In this document: positions 25,023 through 38,845 of the stretch, piece after piece
How the letters are laid out: each line of letters begins with the position of its first letter
How positions within the stretch are numbered: position 1 is the first letter of the stretch
NCBI GenBank assembly: GCA_977017645.1
Contig: OZ360247.1
Span: 16,368,001 to 16,432,000, forward strand
Reading direction: 5' to 3'
Length of the DNA: 64,000 nucleotides
DNA from: Torpedo marmorata
Taxonomy: Eukaryota
Position numbers and translations under genes: made by a program
The notes under the pieces: model-generated
What the model saw: only the letters and a program-made list of their open reading frames with translations
What the model was told of the DNA's origin: nothing
Databases searched by the model: none

Positions 25023-27136
25023 AAACAACACAAAAAAATAGATCGGAAGGGGAACGCTATGCAGTTCTTTATTTAAGAAGAATGAATAATAAATATTACA
25101 AGTTTACATTTTGTTTGCTGTTGCGCACCAGTGGAAATGTACATTTCTGTATTTGTTGTAAAATTTATTATGAAGTTATGCATTCCTTTAATCTGTCCAG
25201 GCAGCCATTGTTTCACATTGATGTCAATATTTTGAAAGAAACACAAGGTGTATTTCATGAATTCTATATCTCAATTGAGCTGTTGCAATATTGTGATTTT
25301 TGTTCATGTTGGTCTCAGCTCTCTAGTTCATTTAGGTGTATGTTGCTTTGTGCACTGTGAACACTGTTGATTTATTTTATGTATGTATGCGTGCATGTGT
25401 GGAATTGTGTGTGCGTGGGTGTGCAAATTACTCAATGAAGTCTAAATATTGTATTTTGGATTGTTTTCGTAACCAAGCGAGGGAAATAAAGGAAAAAGTT
25501 TTAAGAATCCAGTAAAAGGTTATTTTTTTATTTGTGTTTCTTTGTTACATGTACGTTGTTGTGTTTGAAACGTGTGTAATATTTTTTGGAAACTGAAGAT
25601 TTCTTGTCCGTAATTATAATAAAAGTTTTTTCTTAAAAAATGTAATATTCAGTTAAGTGATCATATCGCGAGTACAATGCCACTGTTGATATGATGGAGG
25701 TGCATTTTCAATATAGCTACTCATGGTTTATCCGAATCTCGGTTACAATCTATCACGAAACAAAAAAGTTGACAGCCTCCTCATTGTATTTCTCGTAATT
25801 GATTCCCCTCCACGATTTCCCAAATACTTATTTAAATTTTATTCCCGTAATGATCTCACTGCCCCCTTAAAAAATATCCAGACCAGCTCATATAAACATT
25901 GATCGGCGATAGTTAACCAAATCTTCAGGATTCACAATTAATAGTTTATCAGAGAGAAAAGACGAAGGGCATTGCTGGTTTTACCAACTAATTCTCTGGT
26001 TTCACCTGTTTTATTTATTTTTTTGTTGCCTAAATCATTTGAAAACTTCTCGGTAGCCGTTCTGGTAAATACATTTTCCAATTATGGTGCCGTGTCTTAA
26101 GGCGCATTTTAAAGTGTTTTGAGCATGTCCTCAGGTCATTACTATGCATGCCCGCAAAACTAATACAAACCGAGTGTAGTGAACGTTTAAATCCTTCCAT
26201 ATGAAGCAAATGCCATATTGTCATAAAATGCGAATGCATTCTTCTAGTTACCCCCAGGAAGTGAACGCCCTAGGAGGTAAGTTACATTGGACAGATCCGA
26301 TAAAAGATCGTATAAGGATTCCTAGTTAATACGTTTACCAAAACAAAAAAAATCATGGATTCGTGCCTCCATAATAACAATTAATACGACCCATTTTGCG
26401 TTTAAATCAGATAATTACATGCTAATTTCAAGGAAGCATATTAACTCCGAATGGTAGGGGAGTTACAAAATAGTTCAGACGTGTATATTCTTCAGTTAAT
26501 TACCTCAAATTAGAGTACTGGAAATAAATATGCTCTGCACGCATCTCATAGAACATAAAGGACTACACACATGGCACAAACTATAACTTTCAGGGATTTA
26601 GCTCCTCTCTTTTCTTGAAAACATCTGAACAATTCTAAAAACAAAGTTTAAAAATAGGATACTTTATGCGCACACATTATCAAGATTCGAAACGAAATTC
26701 ATCCCCGCAAACATATCGAAACTGTAACATGTGGTAAATAATAAGGCTGACATCGATAGCAAGGAGCGCAAGTCAATGACTGCGTACATTTAACTGAGTA
26801 GTCAAGGATGGCAAGTTAATTGTTTTTAAATGTATCTGGTCAAAAACGAAATAAATTGCTCACTCCAAGTACAGCTATAAAACGTGATTTCCAATTCAAT
26901 TGAAAGATAATTGAATCGCCGTTTTACGCTTTGCATTTTTGATTTCTTTTCAGCGTTTTTCAGCAAACACATGGTCAAAAATTGATCGGAACAGATAACA
27001 AAACATAACGCAATGCTGGAATTTATGGTTTTCTTGATGGAGAAATTTAAAATGTTTTTTTTTGTCGTTTGGTTATTAATGCATTGCCAATGTTAATAGA
27101 CAAGCAATGACCTTAAATCGTGTATTTTGACGGAGC

Positions 27137-27150
27137 CCGGTAGGTGGCGC
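27137..27150 (+). promoter_or_regulatory. Candidate CTCF site between HoxB6 and HoxB5
   Basis: CCGGTAGGTGGCGC, full match to CCRSYAGRKGGCRS. Confidence 0.6.
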
Positions 27151-27209
27151 ACTCTGCAAACCTGGCCACCATTTGGAGCCTTGCATTCACATGGCGTAAC
27201 GATTCACGG

Positions 27210-27438
27210 ATCGTCATTATTTGTAACCATAGAGCATGAATTACCCCTTGAGGTCATCAGTGAGAATTTACGACTGGTCAACAAAAGCACGTGATTCCGA
27301 CTCGCACCCCCCATATTTGGCCGCATACATAGAAGCGAACGAAGTACAGTCATTTCTATAATTCATTAATATATCATAAATCGTGCAGGACTGGGTTATA
27401 ACGACTAACAACCACAAATCAACCCAAAAAAAAACCAA
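27210..27438 (+). promoter_or_regulatory. HoxB5 promoter / conserved 5' leader
   Basis: ATTTGTAACCATAGAGCATGAATTACC..AATTTACGACTGGTCAACAAAAGCACGTGATTC..CATATTTGG..CATAAATCGTG..CCACAAATCAA, the typical PG5 upstream block. Confidence 0.8.
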
Positions 27439-27973
27439 ATGAGCTCTTACTTTGTAAACTCATTCTCCGGTCGCTATCAAAATGGCCCGGATTATCAGTT
27501 ACTTAATTATGGGTCGAGCAGCTCCGAGAACGGACCATACAGGGATTCAGGCACCATGCATTCAGGCACTTACGGCTACAACTACAATGGTATGGACCTT
27601 AGCATCACCCGTTCAGCTTCATCTAACCACTTTGGAGTGGTTAATGCAGAAAACTCCAGAAGCTATCCTCCAGCTACAGAAACCAGGTTCAGACAAGCAG
27701 CGAGCTGCACCCTCTCATCTCCAGAACCCCTTTCTTGTTCCGGCAAGGACAGTCACGGAACCAAGGGTTCCCCATCCGACCCGACTACCTCCTCTAGTTC
27801 AGCAAGTAATTTTACAGAAATGGACGAGGCCGGAGCATCCTCGGATGCCGAAGAGGGCACTCAAGCCAACAACAACAACCATCCCAGGGCACAGCAAGAA
27901 CCAACACAAGCAACAACACCAGAACAGCAGCCACAAATATTTCCTTGGATGAGAAAGCTACACATTGCCCATG
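27439..27973 (+). CDS. HOXB5: Homeobox protein Hox-B5, coding exon 1
   Basis: [25 protein letters not shown]...MHSGTYGYNYNGMDLS...RFRQAASCTLSSPE...PQIFPWMRKLHI; donor G|GTACAC at 27973/27974. Confidence 0.96.
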
Positions 27974-28467
27974 GTACACTTTCATTTTCTGTCTAGTACT
28001 CTAAATATTGCTCGGCAGTCAGGTAATTCATAGCGACTTATTATACAACCTGGATCACACAAAATCTAAACAATTGTTTTTTTTAATTATTGCTCTGCAG
28101 AAACTTAACTAAACATCTTCTATAAATTGAATTTAAATCTGTAATCCACAATTTTTATATGTGCATGAAATATAACGCGTTAGCCGACCATTAAAATTCA
28201 CTAATTATTAAAACACTATTTATTGCGGTTGAAATGTAATATTATGAGATATAGAAATTGGTGCACAAAAAGCTATGACTTGTACTGCATGATCAGCATA
28301 ATAACAAAGAAAACTGTGGTGTTACCCTGGAAAATCAACGTTATTGGAAACCATTTTTCAAGGGTCTATTTGCAATTTCGGACTTTTTAAAAATGTGTGT
28401 GTACGTGTGTTTGTACGTATGTTTTATTATGCGTGGGAGGGAAAGGGTGACAGAGAGAAAGACAGAC

Positions 28468-28752
28468 NNNNNNNNNNNNNNNNNNNNNNNNNNNNNNNNN
28501 NNNNNNNNNNNNNNNNNNNNNNNNNNNNNNNNNNNNNNNNNNNNNNNNNNNNNNNNNNNNNNNNNNNNNNNNNNNNNNNNNNNNNNNNNNNNNNNNNNNN
28601 NNNNNNNNNNNNNNNNNNNNNNNNNNNNNNNNNNNNNNNNNNNNNNNNNNNNNNNNNNNNNNNNNNNNNNNNNNNNNNNNNNNNNNNNNNNNNNNNNNNN
28701 NNNNNNNNNNNNNNNNNNNNNNNNNNNNNNNNNNNNNNNNNNNNNNNNNNNN
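28468..28752. other. Assembly gap in HoxB5 intron
   Basis: N run. Confidence 1.
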
Positions 28753-28985
28753 GCCGTCAGGACACAGGTTACATAGTCAGACAATGAAAAGGAAAATGAT
28801 AATTAATAGGAATTCGGATAGGAGACAATATACTTTAATTTTGACATAGCATGTCCAGAGTGGCCCCGGGGTAGGGAATGCTGCAACTTTCAATGTCCAG
28901 CGTTTTTCCTTTTTTTTAAATGAATCTTTTCGTGGATAGATAATTCAGCATGGATAAAAAAAAACCTGCCTGTATTTATTAACAG

Positions 28986-29236
28986 ATGGTATGGGTGGAC
29001 CCGACGGGAAAAGAGCCAGGACTGCTTATACTCGTTTTCAGACCTTGGAGTTGGAAAAGGAGTTCCACTTCAACAGATATCTAACCCGACGGCGGAGGAT
29101 AGAGATTGCTCACGCTTTGTGCCTCTCTGAACGGCAGATAAAGATTTGGTTCCAGAATCGGCGGATGAAATGGAAAAAGGACAACAAGCTGAAAAGTATG
29201 AGCATGACGGCCGGAGCAAGCGCCTTCCAACCCTAA
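28986..29236 (+). CDS. HOXB5: Hox-B5 coding exon 2 (homeobox)
   Basis: CAG acceptor ending 28985; [18 protein letters not shown]...[20 protein letters not shown] (SAFQP is B5-type); spliced CDS 786 nt. Confidence 0.95.
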
Positions 29237-30719
29237 CGTGGAAAACATGAGAGACACCATGCACCAGTACTGTACAGCCAGGCGCCTTTCCCCTCACGTG
29301 TTGTTAAATATAAAAAAAATGCTTAAACTTTTCTGTGGTCCTGCTAACAATTTGTTTTCTTTTTCCGGTTGTTGTCCTTTCGATGTTAAGTGCTTGTTGC
29401 TGTCTTACATTTGTCTGTGTCAGTGAACTGTTGGTGCTCTGTTGAAAAGTAGCATGTTTTTTGTGGATTGTAAATGGTATAACTTATTTATAATTGACAC
29501 GTCTTCTTTACCACCCCCAAGTTGTTAAAATGCTAAAAATTCTTTGCTCTTGCACTATCACCTTCAGACACATATACATCTTCTTGTAAGTTCCTGCCCT
29601 TAATGCTGTCCGTGATTTTAAACAACGTCCGTGTGTGGAAATTCCTTGTAGAAAACTAATCATTGTCAATACACGTGGATAGATTATAAAATCAGTGATG
29701 ACTGTGCAAGATTATTTAGTGAGTTATAATGGTTGTAAATAATACAAAAAATGTTTATAATGTTGCCTATAGCTAGTCTGTAATAGGCAGAGTGATGAGT
29801 GGCATAAAATCTGTAGAAGTCAACTACACCTATGTCTAGCTCCAACAGTGTTGCCAATATGCTTTTTGTATTTGTTTGTAGCTTAATTCGAAATAAAGTA
29901 AGACTTTCTCATAACCATCCATGATCTCTATAGCGTAATGTCTTCACTGTATGCAAGCTAACATCTTATTGCTTAATCTAAAACATGGGTAATACCTATT
30001 ATATGATCGACTATAGTAGGTACATATGATTAAGGTGTGTTCCATTTCAATATTGCCACGTGTTTTGCAATATCTTAACTCTGTAGTGTAAAACTACATT
30101 AATAGAGCACGTCATTACTTTTCGTCAATTAACATCTATCGTTTGCATATCATTTTATATTTTATGTTAATTTCATGAAATGGTATCAGGACGTAACGCT
30201 ACCTGAATGCATTTATCTTCCATTGTAATCGGGAACTTTTCTAACGGTTGTTATTTTGCATGCGCAACTCTTCCTTGCCAAGCTATATTTTTAAATGTGG
30301 CATTTTTGTGACTTATTTGCATTTTTAGAGTTTACCTGTTTCTTACTTAGCACGGCAACCCTGTTTAAAGACTATATCAGGACTTTTTAAAATATTCGTT
30401 CTTGTGTATATTAAAAATAAAGGTTCCGAAACTTGATTTCTAGGCCATCCCTTCCAGAGACTTATACAGTTACGAGATATACTGAAGTTTGTCAATGCAA
30501 AATACTACGCGCTTTTGTTAATTTGGGTGCAACAGGTAAACCTTAGTTATGTTAAACTCAACTTACCAAAAGAACGTCCAAGTGCTTATCGGTAGTAGAT
30601 AAGTCACACAGCAAATGTTAGGTCTATCTTGCAATGTACATGCTTCCCTTGTGAATATAACAAACTGCATATGCAAGAAGTCGGTATGACATTGGGATGT
30701 CAAATGAATTGGGTATTTA

Positions 30720-30880
30720 TCTCAAAGTTAGATCGTAAAAATCGCCCGTACCGCAGGCAGATACCCCTACTGGCTCTCAAAAGTCACGTGGGGTCGTTAA
30801 AGTTAGTTTTATGGTTCTGGGGAGTTGACAAGGTACAATATATTTCACATTCTGTATAATGTTAGTGACGCTGAACTTTA
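30720..30880 (+). promoter_or_regulatory. Conserved element 3' of Hox5, probable distal promoter of long mir-10/Hox4/Hox3 transcripts
   Basis: GATCGTAAAAATCG..CTGGCTCTCAAAAGTCACGTGGGGTC..AAAGTTAGTTTTATGG..GGGGAGTTGACAA..TACAATATATTTCACATTC, recalled as conserved in vertebrate Hox clusters. Confidence 0.75.
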
Positions 30881-33800
30881 TCTGGCTGGGTTTGCAGCCT
30901 GCACGCGTATAATGTGACGAGTCTTCCAGAGGAATCGAACGGGTCTCCTTTACCAGGCCAACAAGGTTTAAAATCTTTTCTGACTGCAGTGAAAATGACA
31001 CAGAACTGTACAGCTCCAAGTAAGTTATGTTGAACTATAAACAAAGCCCGCATTCCTTCTGTCAGCAGGGCCCAGTGAGGCGTTCAAAATGAAAAGTAAA
31101 ATTAAAACGTGATTAATTAATAGTAATGCGGATTTGTAAACTTTCGAAGGTGTTTTCGTTTTCACCTTTACCAGAAAAAGGGGCCCAAACTGTAAATAAA
31201 CTGTAAAGATATGGCGGACGCGATGAGTGGGCCTCGTTCCTAGCGACTGCTTACTTTACTCAAGGAGATTTAATAATCCTAATGTTTTACTCATGAGAGG
31301 TTGAATTGCAATCGGTATCAATGTGTGTGCGGGGCAGGGGGGTGGGGGTGTATAGTGTTGAATAAACAGATTCTCTGTTGTTTGAAAGGCATCTTGGTGC
31401 TGTACTTTCTAATAACCTCTGTTCTGAAAACTTATTGCATGGTCAAAAATTCGTTTGTTTTGCATATTTAACAACATTGTATTTTGCTTGTTAAAATCTT
31501 TGATTTTTAAAAAAACCTGTTACTCAGAGAAGGGAATGAAATGTTCTGTCCTTTAAATATGAATCTGATGCCTTTATCTGCGGGGAATTAGGAATTGGGC
31601 ATTGGTGGGAGGGGACGTGGGGGGGGGTGGTGTTGCTAGTTGTTGGAGATGCTTAAACATTCTCGCAATGATAGTTGCTGCCTCAGTTTAGTATTTTTCC
31701 AACTTAATAATCCTTGAAGCAAATGTGGCTCACACCCACTGTAGTCTTTTCGTTTTGGCCTTAATTTAGTTTTAAAAAATCATTTAAAAGGTACTTTTAA
31801 CTGCAGGATTTTTTGTGTTATGATACCAGCAGTTCAACTATGTTTCTGCGTCTATTCATTCAATCTAATACAGCCTGTTTGCAGATACAGTTTTTTAAAA
31901 GAGGAAATCGGCCTTTGGCAAGGCCTTGTCTAACCAAGGGCATATTTTTCATTATTCTTACAACATGTCCTTGGCTTGTTGGCATTCCACTGTTAACTGT
32001 CTCACTAGTCAACAAATGTTAAAATGATCTCAGCGTTTAAAAGAAAACATATGTTAAACATATGGTTGTATGATGCCTTAAGCTTTTTTTTAATAAAAAA
32101 AAAGATAATATGAAAAAGGGTGTCAGTTGAAAGCGTCCATGTTACATTGAAATCTGAAAAGACTCTTAATAGTAAGTTGGTGAATATACTGCCCTCTCCC
32201 CCATTAGCCCTTTCCTTCCATTCGGGGCAGTCTCATTCGGTATTTGCCAATCTTGTTTTGGTTTTTGAGCTGGACAAGTTTTGGTCATGGCGAAAATGAA
32301 CTATTCTGTGAACTCAGAATATACTTAAGGTGAGCAAAGGGACAGCAGAAACATTGATCTACTCTGAAATGTCGTGGATAGGTCTCTAAATACAACTGAG
32401 ACGTATATAAATAGATGTGTAACATAGTTTGAAATAAAACGTGCGCCATATTTTGGTATTGGTTTAGAATTCAACATCAAAATTCAATCACTGTTTAATA
32501 GTATAGCCTTTAACACTTACTCCTGTCAGTTTTAAATTATAGACGTTTGGCCTCTATAAATGTCATCATTTTGAAATGTAACTCTTAAGTACGACTAATT
32601 GAAAGTTGCATAGACTTTTATACGAATTATTTTCCATTGGGGTTTCAAGTATAAGTGAGAGACAGGGGAATAGATGCTATATCAACTTGTTTGACTAAAG
32701 AAATTTTAGCACAACCAGAAGTTCTTTGATCCCACAGTCAATAATTCCCTCAAACAAGTACAAATGCTAACTTTCTATCGTGCAGTTAGCATTTTTTATT
32801 TATATACAGCTCTTATTTTATGTTGCAGTGCATGAATACTGTCACCGTGTGTTTTTATCAAGAGTAACATTGAAGTATTCACCTTTACTGTACATTTCCT
32901 GTCACGCTAATCTGACGAATGCCCGCATATGTTGAGGTTCATAGTAAAGATTATTTGTGCAGTCACAACCTAGTCTAAGGAGAAATGTAGATACACGCGA
33001 GAAAAATTATACTTTGACATTTCTCATCAGAAAATGTCAAGTTTCTCACCCTGATAATTATTGGTGTGCATAGTCCTCGAAGCCGGCTGTCAAGTTTTTT
33101 TAAAATTCTCTCCGTTTCCGGTGCGCAGTTTGAGGGGGTGGGGGCGTTTAGAATCTATTTTGGGAGTCAAACGTTTTCTTTCTTTCAGAATTTCGATATG
33201 TTCCCGGTTTCTTTTTATTGCTTTTCCGCGCTGATATTTAGTGAAATCCAAAGGGTAAACAGGAAAACACATCGTTGCCGGAGGAAATACATTGTGGTCT
33301 TGCCTTTCTTCTCACATATTATTCACAGTATTGTCCATCAGTGTACTGCAATAAAATGGAAAAGGACAACGATTAGTTTGATAATTTCTATGAACGTGCT
33401 TTATATTTTTTTTAGGCGAAAACGATTTAAGACCTCGAGTTTGGGGTAAACATTTGTATTTTTCATTGTTTTCCTCAGAGGCAAAATAATCTGTCAATCT
33501 CGGAGTTTGCCACCAATCAGCTATAGTTTGCAGGCTTCATGGTGTCCTATACTTGGTTCTTCGCTTATCTTTCCCAATCTGATTTAAAGGCGCGATGCTC
33601 AGGAAATACATTAGTGTAATAGTTTATGATTAGTGTGTGAAAGAAACTGATAGAGCATAAATAATTACAATCAGACAAGAATCTCCCGACTCTTTAATAA
33701 AACATGGTTCATGAGTAAAATACACTAGAGCTGAATTAGAACGCCATAGCAAAGTGGGCGAAATTGAGCATCATACCGCACCAATTATGTGTATGTTAGA

Positions 33801-36800
33801 TATCTTCCTTCTGCTGCAAAAGCATTGTTTTGGGTACCAAAGGAAGCCTCTGTCTTAGGATGGAAATATCTTTAAAATATCTCAAAATCAAAAATATATA
33901 TTCAATCTTTTGGCAAGGTATTTTAGGTTATCAAATTTTGTTTTATGCAAATCGACTCACACACAAACATTTATAACGTAAATTCGTGGTTAACAGTAAC
34001 ATTAATAATTTGTTTTTAGCGAAAGTACTCCCCCCTCGCTTACATAGATATATTTGCCCCTGGTACAATCGCAAGCAAATTATCTGTTCCATAGAAACGC
34101 ACATGATCGATAAGCATCCCTATCAGGTTAACTGCAAAGTCTAAAGGTGATACATTTTCTTTGTTTCGGTTTTTAAGTGGTGTGCATCTTGTTCATTTAT
34201 ATGCGCTGGATAGATTTGAGCACTCGGTTAAGGTTGTAATTTAGTGGGGGGGGGGGGAGAAGGAACAAAAAGCATTCACACCATCGCAGATAGAGTCATA
34301 AAGGTGTCAAATGATTATATCGCCATATTAAACATCTACATGCGGACGCACAGATAAAAGCATTCAGATCTCATACGTTTTCATTAACTCTTCCCCATGG
34401 TTTCAACCGTCACCAATTGAGATCACTTTGGGCCACAAACCAGCACCCTCTTCCAAAACCTGCGAACTAAGCTAGACCAAAACACACATCACAGTCTAAT
34501 TAAATGCAACACGGGCATAAGGTGAGATCTTAAATTACAAAATACTATTACTTTCGCTGCATCTTATGCGCTTAATAAATTGTAAAATGAAACAAAAGAC
34601 TATATAATTGGTATCAAGCTCCATAATAACTTGCCTATTCTAGAAATGACATTTCAAACCATTTCCAAACCGTTTACTGTTTTTGGGCCTTTCTTTCTCC
34701 CTATTATCGGCACGGTTTGAGTTTTTATGGTACTCGGGGCCGAGAGATTTGTTAACCCTCAATGTAAAAATAAAGTAGACTGATGTCTAATATTTGCAGA
34801 ACTGAGCGAGATATTTTATAATAAAAACATCTTAACACGGTTACTTTGGAAAAAGTTCTGCAAAGAATCAGAACTAATCTCTACACTACTCTATCTGTCA
34901 TTCAAAGTGCAATTCGGTAGCTTGACCGAATTGGTTTATGTTTTCCATTACATTTAGAATTCACAAATTATCACACAATCCGATGACAAAGGTAACATGA
35001 AATCCTAGTTACTATTTCTTCTATTGAGGATTTTTTTCTGATGACCTCGGTTAAAAACATTCTGCTTTTATTAAACAAGACACAATTGCTGCCAGTTTTA
35101 ACCACACGGAACGCATAATATTTGCAAGTAGACAAAGATATCGAAAAACATTTTGCCACTGATAGCCTGTGGTATTTTATCACCATAAAACTCGGATTAA
35201 AAGCAGAATCTGAAATAAGTATGAATCGAATCAGGGGAGCTGTTTGACACATGTAACGTGTCGCATCCACCACCAGAGCCCGCTTCAGACCAAGTTCATA
35301 GTCATGATGCGTCTCTTTCTTACCAGCTTTTGCATTGCACTTAATCTGGCGAAATAGAGACGGAGGAGTCTGTTTGATATCTCCTCAAAATGCCCTACTT
35401 ATGTACTATCAGAAGTTTCTAAGTGCAGTGGTCATTTATCTCTTCAAAACTCACCCTTTCAGGTTGTATACTTTCCTGCCGAATAATGACATAAATTCAT
35501 TCAAACAGTGCCGGTAAGAAAAAGAGATACATACTTGAAGAATTCAAACCCAACTTTCAAGAAATTCCAGTGTCTCAAGAAAATCTTTCGATTTCTCAAA
35601 TATGTGTATTGAATAAAGCAGCGCTAAGCTTAAATTGTTGCCTCGTGTGGGAAACAAAACTGTACAGCAATACTGTCTGAGGATTGTGATGTTGAAACTG
35701 TTCGTGGGGGCTTGTTAGTACAGCATTATAGCTGAGGGGTCAAAAAGTGGAGGGTCAAAAGTTTACGTCGTGCGTGACTTGATGTTGTCTGCCTAGATAG
35801 ACTCAGTTCGATGTCAATGGTAAATGGAATGGTCTTGTCTATCGGCTTAGATGAGAACATGATGCCCAGGTTAAAAAAAATATGTAAGTAAATAAAGCTT
35901 AGAAATCGACACAATATCTGCTGGCGATGTAATATAAGATGGGTGGATAGAGAGACGAACGGACAGCGAGGAGCTAGAAATGTTAGCAGAAGTAGTGACG
36001 GGTGGAGGTGTGTGTGGTGCGTCGGGTGGGTGGTTGTGGGGTGAATGGGGGGAGGGTTCGCTGCTAACTATCCTCACTGCGACCTGTGCAAAAGGAGGGA
36101 GGATTAATTGTTTTCTTTCATGGAACACACTGCATAATAACTAGAAATCACCAGATCCACGGTGGAATGAATTGCCATGTATATTATAAGCGTTCTTTAA
36201 AAAAAAAACAAAAGGGTGGAGGCAAATAATTCTCGCTGGATGCAATTAACTTTCCTTTTAAAACAATTTGAGAGTCAAGTTCTATGGGGAATGGAAAGGC
36301 TTTAGGTGAAATTGGTGACAAGACAATAAAGAACAAATAGTCGACGCTTTTATATCAGGTCAGAGGATGTAATTTCGTCAAATATACATTTCCAAACTGA
36401 TGTGAAAATACTTTTTTTTAATCCAGAACGGCGTCTTAAAGCACAGACGGTCATGAAATTTCTAAGTGCCAATGCGGAAAGAGGTGTCAAGTAGAATTCG
36501 ACAAAATTTTGCAATTAATCTAAGACTTGCTTGGTTTAGGTATCAAACAAACCAAGCATCGTATCAAAGACCACAGTGTACCTCACAATTATATTGCCCG
36601 ATAACACAAGGTAAATATTAGTTCTTAGATTTTTCAACATATAGCATTAGGTATTCTCTCCCTCTTCGCCTAATGGTTGCTTTAGATCTCCGGGATGAAA
36701 TTTATCCATTAATTTTCATCCATAAAGAATCGGAGATTTTCGACAAGTTTTACGAAGGAAAAATGATTACGTTTAACGAGCTCTTTTCATAGGCTTTCTA

Positions 36801-38828
36801 TCAGATTTAAAATAAACTAGATATTAACCTCTTTTAATTACCATTATAACTAGCATTAAACGATATATGTCCTATATCACACTAATGCGTCATTATTATA
36901 AAGCGTCGCAGGGAATTTACAAGCTATAGTTCGACCACTTAAAGTAAAACATTTAAATCTTGTCTGCAAGGCGTCTTGTTGTCCTGGGTTCTGCGCTTGC
37001 AAGAGTTTAAAATCTATTCGCAGTATCGTTGCTCTGTGATAAATCTGCTAAAAGTAAATATAAAAAAGGTTTACATTTTGAGCGTTTGGATGAACAACTT
37101 ATAGTTCCATTACCAAACCATCTCGTTGATGGAAGATGAGGGAGAAACTTGAGGCAGGCAACTTTTGAATAACCCATTTCCCCATTTTCCTCAGCGCCCA
37201 CAATGGTTGAAGTAATGAAGTAATACTAGCATAAATCATTAAGTACATTGCATGCATTTGTTGTTTTATTTTCGCAAAGGCAACTGTTTTTTTCAATGTT
37301 CATGGATGCAATTAAACGAAATGATTTCAATGGAATTTGGCAATGATTAGATTACGTGCGTGTGTTATGCAACATTTCCGCATTGTAGAAATAAAGAATT
37401 TGCATTTATACTTGTTGCTCGTTACCTCTGAAAACTAATAGAATTTAGAGCCAACAAGCATTTTTGAAGCATAGTGTGGTAATACAAGGACAACATATTA
37501 TTAACCCCTCTCAGTAATGCAACAATATTCCTTTTTAAAATAAAAAAGATTTTCATCGGTTAACTCCAGTGGTAAAACGCGATCTCCATGATATACAATT
37601 ATTCACCGTCAATTATATTTCTTTTGTTTATTTCCAGAAAATGATAAATCACGTGTCATGTATTTTATATTTTCTGATACACAAATCATAAGATTTTGGA
37701 TTTAAATCCACCCCAATTCATTATCCAGAGCACAAGGGAGGGTATACTGCATGGCCGAATGTGCATAATTTCGGAAGGGACGTTATACCAGAAGCTTGTC
37801 TGCTCCTAAATGGTCAGAAAATATGCCACATTACTTTAAGGAAAATCAGGTGAGCTCTACCTGATATTCATGTCAATATATATTCCCTATTCAACAACAA
37901 AATATAAAAAATCGATTTCAAAAAAATTAACACCCCCAGGACAACCCCCTTCCAAGAAAATGTCGGCAAACTTTTAAATCACATTACTATTTGTGGTGAG
38001 CTTGCTGCCCGAAAATTGAATGCAATAAAGGCTCTACTTTCCAGATCTTAATTAACACACTAGCCATATTTCCTCAAAAAATAGAAATCTCCACATTATA
38101 TTCCAAAAATGGCGAAAACGTCTCGCCTGATTTCTATTTTATATTGTTCAACGTCTGCCAACGCAAATTTGCTAATTTATCAGAAGATAGAACACGCATC
38201 ATGAAAAATAAAAGAACAAACGTAACACAATTTGAATGTGTTTGGATTTGAGTTCATCGAAATATTCGCCGGCATTTGCCTGGAGGGTGTAGTGTCGATT
38301 AAGGTGAATACGTAAGTTTTCATTAGTTTTAATTAGAAAATGTTCTGACGCGTTAAAAAAATTGTTTTCAAGAAACTAAATTAATTCGCTGTAGTGCATA
38401 TAGACACTCATCTTATACAATGTGAGATGAGTTGGGTCATATAATTCGATTGATGTCTTACCTATGGATATTATTCTTGGGATAATTTAATATGGAACAC
38501 GTAACTGTAAAAACGAGTACATTTTATATTCATGCAAACTAAACGTGCACAAGAAAGCAGATCTATTAATTACTTTTGTTATTCAAATTAGAAACTGCGC
38601 ATGTAGCATCCAGAGGAAGACAATAAATGTGACTTTTATAATAAATATTTGATGCTAATGAAATCACAGAACACGTTATGCTTGAGAACATTTCCAGCGC
38701 CTTCACACTGGTTTGGGTAAACTTCTCCCTTGCTATTTTTCTCAAACGTAATGACCTGAGCAAAATTCAATATGACTGAGAGACCTATCCATACTATAGA
38801 ACTTGTGGAGGGGGAGAGTCCAAGAGCG

Positions 38829-38845
38829 GGGTGAAACTCAGGTCA
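38829..38845 (+). promoter_or_regulatory. DR5 RARE 5' of HoxB4 (B4U type)
   Basis: GGGTGA aactc AGGTCA; same half-site pattern and position as PG4 5' RAREs (RGGTGA n5 AGGTCA) upstream of mir-10. Confidence 0.85.

Noticed and set aside
32762-32794. 11-bp perfect inverted repeat (and a 10-bp one at 36528-36558) as possible novel miRNA or MITE
   Set aside because: Stems too short for a pre-miRNA, no target-site duplication, and about this many are expected by chance in AT-rich 64 kb
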